NCBI GenBank assembly: GCA_048938445.1
Contig: JBHLME010000036.1
Coordinates: 1 to 35,466, forward strand
Source: Promethearchaeota archaeon
GTDB taxonomy: Archaea > Asgardarchaeota > Lokiarchaeia > Sigyniarchaeales > SOKP01
Reading direction: 5' to 3'
DNA length: 35,466 bases
Shown here: in pieces, positions 28,959-35,466 of the stretch
Numbering within the stretch: the stretch's first letter is position 1
How the letters are laid out: the number at the start of each line of letters is the position of its first letter
Notes under the pieces: generated by a model
Seen by the model: only the letters and a program-made list of their open reading frames with translations
Told to the model about the DNA's origin: nothing
Databases searched by the model: none
Program-made: the position numbers and the translations under genes

Positions 28959-29507
28959 TTAAAAATTCCAGGTAATATTTACAACTGTTCTTGTATCACC
29001 ATTCCAAGACTTTTCTAAAAACTTTGTGGTTACTTTAGTGTCGAGGTAACCTTCAAAAAACGAACTCATCCATCCGCGAGCCACGTGATAAAAGGCTTCA
29101 AAATCGGGATCAAATTCTTCAATATAAATATTTAATTCGTTTTCAGATTCAATCTTTCCATATTGCTTCCCGAAATTAAACCATAACTTAAACAAATTAT
29201 TATAAGAGTCGACAGCATCACGTAATTGTCTTTTCATCATTGGACCCCGATAAAGGCGTTCAATAGTTTCTTTCCCTGCATTATATCCCATTTTATAAAC
29301 TATATTCATGTCTCCTTTCGCAAAAACCTTTACGATGGCATTAAAACTATTTTTAAAGGTCGTAAATGGATACCAAGCAGCATCAAGAATACGTGTATTA
29401 ATAATTTTAATGTCCTCTTCTGGAATGATTGTTTCATAAACACCACTTTTATTTGCCCTAACGCCCTTTACAAAGAATTTTAATAATGCTCCCTTAACTT
29501 TTTTCAT
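28959..29507 (-). CDS. array copy 2 (subtype B), 182 aa from ATG 29507
   Basis: MKKVKGALLKFFVKGVRANK; start reassigned from 29522 by alignment with the paralogues. Confidence 0.85.
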   Translation of the reverse strand: MKKVKGALLKFFVKGVRANKSGVYETIIPEEDIKIINTRILDAAWYPFTTFKNSFNAIVKVFAKGDMNIVYKMGYNAGKETIERLYRGPMMKRQLRDAVDSYNNLFKLWFNFGKQYGKIESENELNIYIEEFDPDFEAFYHVARGWMSSFFEGYLDTKVTTKFLEKSWNGDTRTVVNITWNF

Positions 29508-29624
29508 TGTTATCCCCAACATTAAATAATTACTATTAAAAGAATAAAAATTTGCACATATAAGATTATGGATATAAAAATATGAAAAAATTTCTTTACA
29601 CTAGACTGACTTGATTCTTATAGA

Positions 29625-30173
29625 TCAAGAATTCCACGTGATTCCAATACTCGTTTTATTAGCACCATTCCAGGATTTTTCTATAAAATAGGTATTCACC
29701 TTTTTACCAAGATAAATTTCAAAAAAACCATGCATCCAACCCTTAGCAGAATGATAAAATACTTTAAAGTCCTTATCAAAATCATCAATAATTATGTGAA
29801 TCTCATTCTCAGAGACTATTTCTCCATATTGTTTTCCAAAATTAAACCACAATCTAAATAGATTATTATATGAATTCATGGCTGCGTTAAGGTCTTTTTT
29901 ATTCAATGGATTTCTATAGGTTCGTTCCAAAGCACGTATCCCATAATCATAGCTCCATTTTTCAATAATTTTTTCATTATCTTGAGCTTCAACCTTGCAA
30001 ACTGCTCTTATACAGCGTTTAAACGTATCAAATGGATACCAGGCAGCATCTAAAATCCGTTGGCTAATTACTTGCATATCTTCTTCTGAAATGAGGGTAT
30101 TATATGCTCCACTTTTATTAGCTCTAATAGCAATTGCCCATGCTTTAAATAAAGAACCTTTTATTTTTTTCAA
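29625..30173 (-). CDS. array copy 3 (subtype A), 182 aa, TTG start
   Basis: Closest to copy 1; GAGGT SD-like motif upstream. Confidence 0.85.
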   Translation of the reverse strand: MKKIKGSLFKAWAIAIRANKSGAYNTLISEEDMQVISQRILDAAWYPFDTFKRCIRAVCKVEAQDNEKIIEKWSYDYGIRALERTYRNPLNKKDLNAAMNSYNNLFRLWFNFGKQYGEIVSENEIHIIIDDFDKDFKVFYHSAKGWMHGFFEIYLGKKVNTYFIEKSWNGANKTSIGITWNS

Positions 30174-30249
30174 GTAGAATACCTCTATTTTTACTTTTCT
30201 TTATTATTAAAATTAAGGTAGTCTAATAAAATTGATATAAAAAACTGAA

Positions 30250-30274
30250 TTTGTATGATTAAGTCACGTACAAA
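30250..30274. promoter_or_regulatory. imperfect palindrome TTTGTATGATTAAGTCACGTACAAA upstream of array copy 3
   Basis: Shares CACGTACAAA with the element upstream of copy 1, at a similar distance from the start. Confidence 0.4.
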
Positions 30275-30430
30275 AAAAAGAATTTTTTATCAAAATATAA
30301 TATTTTAAATGTTTTATTTTGTTTTTTGCATAATATAAAATTAGTCTATAAATATTGATTAATTTAAAAAAATAGAATTCTTGGAAATATTACACTAAAG
30401 CGATAATACCTTCGAATTTAATCTAAATAA

Positions 30431-30979
30431 TTAAGTATTCCAGGTGATTTTAACCACTGTTTTATCAGCATCTTCCCACGATTTTTCTATAAATCTCGTC
30501 ATAACTTTAGTATCTAAATATGCTTCAAAAAAACCATGCATCCAACCTTTTGCTATATGATAGAATAATTTAAAATCTTTATCGAAGTCCTCGATAAAGA
30601 TATCTACCTCATCATTTGATATAATTTCACCATGCTGATATCCAAAATTAAACCATAATTTAAACAGATTATTATAAGAACTGATAGCCGCTTCAAGCTC
30701 TTTTTTTCTCATTGGTTCTTTATAAACGCGCTCCAGAACACTTTTACCATAATCATAACCCCATTTTTCAATCACTTTTATATTTTCCTTAGCTTCGATC
30801 TTACAAACTGCATTATAACAATTTTTAAACGTTCCATAAGGATACCAAGCAGCATCAAGGATCCGCTGATTAACTATTTTTTTATCTTCTTCTGTTATGA
30901 AGTCATCATACCCACCGCTACGATTTGCTCTTATAGCGATAACCCAAGGTTTTAATAACGTTCCTTTAATCTTTTTCAT
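30431..30979 (-). CDS. array copy 4 (subtype C), 182 aa
   Basis: IAIRANRSG, YKEPMRK; closest to copy 7. Confidence 0.85.
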   Translation of the reverse strand: MKKIKGTLLKPWVIAIRANRSGGYDDFITEEDKKIVNQRILDAAWYPYGTFKNCYNAVCKIEAKENIKVIEKWGYDYGKSVLERVYKEPMRKKELEAAISSYNNLFKLWFNFGYQHGEIISNDEVDIFIEDFDKDFKLFYHIAKGWMHGFFEAYLDTKVMTRFIEKSWEDADKTVVKITWNT

Positions 30980-31053
30980 TTTTTTATCAACTTTTCATTT
31001 ATTAATATAAACTAAAAATTTCTTCAGCAATGATCCATACAAATTTGGAAAAT

Positions 31054-31599
31054 TCAAGAATTCCAGGTAAGATTGATAATTGTTTTTTCGTCTCCTTCCC
31101 AAGATTTCTTTAAAAATTTTGTAGATATCTTGGTGTCTAAGTATGCTTCGAAAAATGATCTTATCCACCCCATTCCTATATAATAATGTAAATCAAAGTC
31201 TGGTTGTTCTCCATCAAAAACTAAATTGAATTCATTTTCCGATATGATCTCCTCCGTAAGGTATCCAAAGTCAAACCACAACTTTATTAGAGATTGATAT
31301 GATTTAATTGCATGATTAAGACTTCTTTTTTTTTTTGTCCTACTATAAATACGTCCAATAGTTTTATTTGCAAACTCATAACCCCATTCCTCGACTTTTT
31401 CCGCATTTCCATTTACTTCTACCTTAGCAATTGCAGTAAAGATCTTTTTATAATACTCGAGGGGATACCATCCAACATCAAGAATCCTCTGTGAAACAAA
31501 TTTTTTCTCATCTTCAGTTAGGATACTATCATAAACTCCAGTTTTATTTGCTCTTACATTCATTACAAAAAATTTTAATAATGATCCTTTTACATTCAT
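31054..31599 (-). CDS. array copy 5 (subtype D), 181 aa
   Basis: FDLHYYIGMGWIR; closest to partial copy 11. Confidence 0.85.
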   Translation of the reverse strand: MNVKGSLLKFFVMNVRANKTGVYDSILTEDEKKFVSQRILDVGWYPLEYYKKIFTAIAKVEVNGNAEKVEEWGYEFANKTIGRIYSRTKKKRSLNHAIKSYQSLIKLWFDFGYLTEEIISENEFNLVFDGEQPDFDLHYYIGMGWIRSFFEAYLDTKISTKFLKKSWEGDEKTIINLTWNS

Positions 31600-31936
31600 G
31601 GTATTTCTTCTTCTAGAAATTTTTTATAATTTTATGGTAGTTGATTACTATTAAAAATTTTTTTAAAAAAAAATTATTTTATTATAATAACACGAAAATG
31701 AAGTAAATTTAAATTAACAGAAAGTTATATCAATGTATTTTTTAAAGGATTCCAAATAAAGTTAATAATTGTCTTTTTGAAGGAGGGCTACTACTATTTA
31801 AAATCATTGATTAAGTAGATTATAGAATATAATTTTATGCATGCTAATAAGTAAGTATTATTTTTAAAAAATAAATTTAAAAGGATTTACTATAAAAAAG
31901 AGCTAATTTATCCTTGAAATAAAAAAATATAAAACT

Positions 31937-32485
31937 TCAAGAATTCCACGAAAGATTTACCACCATTTTATCAGCACCTTCCCAAGGTTTTTCCAAAAAT
32001 TTGGCGGTGATAGTTGTACTTGTATAAATCTCAAAAAAACCCTGCATCCAACCCATTGCTATGTAATAGAATAATCTAAAATCTTTATCGAAATCTTCAA
32101 TAATTATATTTACTTCGTTTTCTGATTGTATTTCACCATATTGCTTTCCAAAATTAAACCACAGTTTAAAAAGCGTATTATATGAATTCACCGCTCCAGA
32201 TAAATCTCTTTTCATCAAAGGTTCTTTATACAAGCGTTCCAAGGTTTCTTTGCCTCGATTATACCCCCATTTTTGAATAACCTTCACATTATCTCTACCA
32301 TCCACCTTGCATACGGCATTAAAGCAATTTTTAAAGGCTTCATAAGAATACCATGCTCCATCAAGAATACGCTTGTTAACAATACCCATATCTTCTTCTG
32401 AAAGTAGATCATTATAAATTCCAGTTTTATTCGCTCTTATGCTTTTAACAAAAAACTTGAGCAATACTCCCTTTACCTTTCTCAT
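31937..32485 (-). CDS. array copy 6 (subtype B), 182 aa
   Basis: LLKFFVK and GYNxGKETxERLY shared with copy 2. Confidence 0.85.
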   Translation of the reverse strand: MRKVKGVLLKFFVKSIRANKTGIYNDLLSEEDMGIVNKRILDGAWYSYEAFKNCFNAVCKVDGRDNVKVIQKWGYNRGKETLERLYKEPLMKRDLSGAVNSYNTLFKLWFNFGKQYGEIQSENEVNIIIEDFDKDFRLFYYIAMGWMQGFFEIYTSTTITAKFLEKPWEGADKMVVNLSWNS

Positions 32486-32611
32486 ATTTGATCAAAAGTT
32501 TTTATTTTATTATATATTCAGCTAATACTTTTATAAACTGATCGATAAAAATAAGTAGAGATATATTTACAAGATAATAAAAATAGAATATAACATTCAG
32601 AAATCTAATAA

Positions 32612-33160
32612 TTAGGAATTCCAGGTGATTTTAACTACCGTTTTATCAGCACCTTCCCAAGATTTTTCTAAAAACTCCGTGGTTACCCTGGTGGAGAGAT
32701 ATTTATTAAAAAAGCCCCGCATCCATCCTATTGCGTTGTAATAGAACAATCTAAAATCTTTATCGAAGTCTTCAATGAATACGTGTATCTCATTATCAGA
32801 TATGATTTCGCCATGTTGCTTCCCAAAGTTGAACCATAATTTAAAAAGACCATTATAAGAATTCATTGCAGTTTCGAGATCCCTTTTTCTCATTGGTTCC
32901 TTATATATGCGATCCAATATATGATTACCATAATCATATCCCCATTGTTCGATGATTTTTATATTATCTTTGGCCTCAACCTTACAAACTGCATTAAAGC
33001 AATTTTTAAAAGTTTCATAAGGATACCAAGCAGCATCAAGAATTCGCTGGTTAATTATCTTCCAATCTTCATCGGTAATGAACTCCTCATAAACTCCGCT
33101 TCTATTTGCCCTTATAGCGATGACAAAATTTTTCAATAAAGATCCTTTTATATTTTTCAT
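32612..33160 (-). CDS. array copy 7 (subtype C), 182 aa
   Basis: IAIRANRSG, WGYDYG, YKEPMRK shared with copy 4. Confidence 0.85.
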   Translation of the reverse strand: MKNIKGSLLKNFVIAIRANRSGVYEEFITDEDWKIINQRILDAAWYPYETFKNCFNAVCKVEAKDNIKIIEQWGYDYGNHILDRIYKEPMRKRDLETAMNSYNGLFKLWFNFGKQHGEIISDNEIHVFIEDFDKDFRLFYYNAIGWMRGFFNKYLSTRVTTEFLEKSWEGADKTVVKITWNS

Positions 33161-33349
33161 TCCTACTGACCTTTCAATTATTCTTCATAAATAAAGTAAA
33201 ACTAATGATATTAAAATTTTAATTTATAGATAACCATTCGATCGCGTTACATACTAAAAATTATTATATTTAATCATCAGAGAACTTTGTTTAATATCAA
33301 ATAAAAATTAATGATTCTATAGATCGTTATACATGCGAACCTTAAAGAT

Positions 33350-33898
33350 TCAAGTATTCCAAGTAAGGTTTATTACTGTTTTTTCAGCGCTTTCCCAGGA
33401 CTTTTGTAAAAAATTTGTAATAACCTTTGTATCTAAATATGCTTCAAAAAAACACTTTATCCAACCACTTGCAACATAATAAAAAAATTTAAAATCACGG
33501 TCGAAGTCATTAAAAGTTATATTGATTTCATTATCTGAGACTATTTCTCCATTTTGATGCCCAAAGTTAAACCATAACTGAAAAAAATGGTCATATGCCG
33601 TAATAGCGAGTTTAACTCCTCTTTTTTTCATTCTATCCTTGTAAATGCGGTCTATTGTTTTTTGCGCACTTTCATAACCCCATTTTTGTATGACATTCAA
33701 ATCACCATTGGCATCAACTTTACAAACAGCATTTAGACAATCTTTAAAAGATTCAAAAGGATACCAAGCAGCATCAATAATTAACTGGTTAATCATTTTT
33801 TTACTTTCTTCAGTAATCAAGTTATCATAAACTCCGCTTTTATTAGCCCTTATAGTGATTGCCCATTCTTTAAATATTGATCCTTTTACTTGTTTCAT
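33350..33898 (-). CDS. array copy 8 (subtype E), 182 aa
   Basis: AQKTIDRxYKDRMKKR and YYVASGW shared with copy 10. Confidence 0.85.
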   Translation of the reverse strand: MKQVKGSIFKEWAITIRANKSGVYDNLITEESKKMINQLIIDAAWYPFESFKDCLNAVCKVDANGDLNVIQKWGYESAQKTIDRIYKDRMKKRGVKLAITAYDHFFQLWFNFGHQNGEIVSDNEINITFNDFDRDFKFFYYVASGWIKCFFEAYLDTKVITNFLQKSWESAEKTVINLTWNT

Positions 33899-33959
33899 AG
33901 TTTTTCATTTCTTTTTTTATTAAAATTTAAAGAATTTTAGAGATATCTCTTATGAATAA

Positions 33960-34508
33960 TCAAGATTTCCACGTAAGATTGTATACCGTTTTATCATCAC
34001 CTTCCCACACTTTCTGAGTGATTTTCGCAGATATTGAAGTATTTAAGTATTCTTCAAAAAATGCTTTTATCCACCCCAAGGTACTATGATAAAATAATTC
34101 GAAATCATTGTCGAAATCTGCAATACTTATATTTATTTCATTTTCTGATATTATTTCTCCTTTATGTATTCCAAAGTTAAACCATAACTTAATGAGATGT
34201 AGATATGAAGTTAAAGCATGTCTAATAGTTCTTTTCAATCTTAAACCTTTATACATGCCTTTTATAACCATTTTAGCTAAATCATAACTCGAATTTATAA
34301 TAATATCCATTTCTCCTTTAGCTTCTATCTTTCCAACCATAGCATATAAATTTTTATATACTTCATAGGGATACCATACCGCATCTAAAATCTCCTGGTT
34401 GACAAATTTTTTCTCTTCTTCTGTAAGAATACTATCAAAAGCTCCAGTCTTATTAGCTCTTATAATCTGAATCACATATTTAAATAATGATCCTTTTACT
34501 TGTTTCAT
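33960..34508 (-). CDS. array copy 9 (divergent subtype F), 182 aa
   Basis: Core motifs retained (IRANKTG, WYP, LWFNFG, GW, WEG); SSYDLA replaces the WGY motif. Confidence 0.85.
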   Translation of the reverse strand: MKQVKGSLFKYVIQIIRANKTGAFDSILTEEEKKFVNQEILDAVWYPYEVYKNLYAMVGKIEAKGEMDIIINSSYDLAKMVIKGMYKGLRLKRTIRHALTSYLHLIKLWFNFGIHKGEIISENEINISIADFDNDFELFYHSTLGWIKAFFEEYLNTSISAKITQKVWEGDDKTVYNLTWKS

Positions 34509-34585
34509 TCTTATCTACCTTCTACTTTCATTAAAATAAACATTAGAAAACTCTTTTGAAGAAGTTATAGCTAAAATTTGAATTA

Positions 34586-35134
34586 TCAAGAATTCCATGT
34601 AACATTAATAGTCGTTTTATCTGCTCCTTCCCATGATTTTTGTAAAAATTTAGTTTTTATCTTGGTTCCAAGATAAGCTTCAAAAAAGCTCTGTATCCAT
34701 CCACTTGCCACGTAATAAAATAAATCAAAATCATCGTCAAAATCCATGAATGATATATTTATTTCATTATCTGATATGATATTACTTTCTTGTTTTCCAA
34801 AATCAAACCACAACTTAAAAAGATGATCATACGTCGAGATGGCAAGTTTAAGGCTTCTTTTCTTCATTCTATCTTTATACATGCGATCTATTGTTTTTTG
34901 AGCGTGCTTATAACCCCATTTTATAATATTATTCAAGTCACCTTTAGCCTCTACTTTAGCTACCCTAGAGAATATCATTTTAAATTGTTCATAGGGATAC
35001 CATATAGCATCAAGAATGCGCTGGTTTACGATTTCTTTTTCTTCCTCTGTAAGCATATTATCATAGAGCCCGCTTTTATTCGCTCTTATGTTCATGATGA
35101 AATACTTGAATAAAGCACCTTTTATGTGTTTCAT
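34586..35134 (-). CDS. array copy 10 (subtype E), 182 aa
   Basis: AQKTIDRMYKDRMKKR, YDHLFKLWFDFG. Confidence 0.85.
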   Translation of the reverse strand: MKHIKGALFKYFIMNIRANKSGLYDNMLTEEEKEIVNQRILDAIWYPYEQFKMIFSRVAKVEAKGDLNNIIKWGYKHAQKTIDRMYKDRMKKRSLKLAISTYDHLFKLWFDFGKQESNIISDNEINISFMDFDDDFDLFYYVASGWIQSFFEAYLGTKIKTKFLQKSWEGADKTTINVTWNS

Positions 35135-35321
35135 AATTTATCTAATGTTTTTTTGATAATAATAAGATCGGGTAAGCATATTAAAATGCTTGTACATATA
35201 AATTTTTATTATGAATTTAAAATAAAGCCAGTAGTTTTAATCAGAGCAAATAGAAATGATTATAACTATTAACAAGAAATCTATACAATGACATAATGAA
35301 TAAATAAGAAATTTAATAAGA

Positions 35322-35466
35322 TCAAAAATTCCAGGTAAGTTTTAATATTGTATTTCCCGAACCTTCCCAAGATTTCTGCAAGAATTTTCCAGAAACCTTA
35401 GTGTCAAGATATGATCCATAGAACGCCCTTATCCACCCCATTAAAATATAATAATGTAAATCAAAT
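35322..35466 (-). CDS. array copy 11 (subtype D), C-terminal part only, truncated by the window edge
   Basis: Manual translation ...FDLHYYILMGWIRAFYGSYLDTKVSGKFLQKSWEGSGNTILKLTWNF-stop (TGA 35322-35324); not in the ORF track. Confidence 0.9.
   Translation of the reverse strand, partial: FDLHYYILMGWIRAFYGSYLDTKVSGKFLQKSWEGSGNTILKLTWNF

Larger units (their letters stand above)
28228..35466 (-). repeat. tandem array of at least 11 co-oriented paralogous genes (H-NOX/V4R-like, DUF2378-like)
   Basis: Ten complete ORFs of 181-182 aa plus one partial. Shared motifs: KG near the start, RAN(K/R)(S/T)G, (I/L)DxxWY(P/S), LWF(N/D)FG, GW, KxWxx, (T/S)WNx-type end. Confidence 0.95.

Noticed and set aside
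3631-35113. Short ORFs antisense to or overlapping real genes (e.g. 3631-3849, 4285-4644, 5333-5653, 14695-15003, 16393-16788, 28037-28225, 34790-35113)
   Set aside because: Shadow frames of well-supported genes with no recognisable motifs; the similar ones in abfD A and B merely mirror the duplication.
28228-35466. Array as diversity-generating retroelement targets or silent antigenic-variation cassettes
   Set aside because: No reverse transcriptase or near-identical TR/VR pair in the window; differences are not adenine-restricted; every complete copy is a full ORF with its own start.
28228-35466. Integron-like cassette array
   Set aside because: Spacers share no repeated attC-like element and no integrase is visible.
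1-35466. Genome-wide amber (TAG) recoding
   Set aside because: Several full-length genes (ending at 1435, 8258, 12775, 19165) terminate sensibly at TAG.
1-35466. tRNA, rRNA or CRISPR array
   Set aside because: No GC-rich structured intergenic segment and no regularly spaced short repeats were seen.

Overview
Very AT-rich archaeal DNA, most consistent with an Asgard archaeon of the Lokiarchaeia type. This assignment is inferred from a Rab-like small GTPase, a Loki-style LRR protein and the archaeal pantoate kinase/phosphopantothenate synthetase route to CoA. The left 24 kb is mostly metabolic and signalling genes: the 3' end of aIF1/SUI1, an NDH-2-like flavoprotein that needs a non-AUG start, YjbQ, an amidohydrolase, a CoA-precursor cluster, an orphan CheA-P2/CheC fusion, a Rab-like GTPase paired with a TrmB-like regulator, two tandem 4-hydroxybutyryl-CoA dehydratases, adjacent Re-type-like and Si-type citrate synthases, and a B12 radical SAM enzyme. 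In the CoA cluster (MfnA/ADC, PPS, PanE, PoK) an HPS-RraA fusion sits where the missing PanB step would be expected. 24-28 kb is an accessory stretch: an MFS transporter lying between a truncated and an intact copy of an NDT/TIR-like gene. The last 7.2 kb is a co-oriented tandem array of at least 11 diverged ~182-aa paralogues that look like cofactor-less H-NOX/V4R (DUF2378-like) domains, and it runs off the window edge. The two strongest candidates for undescribed biology are this array and the HPS-RraA fusion as a possible PanB replacement. All family calls come from motif recognition by eye; no searches were run.
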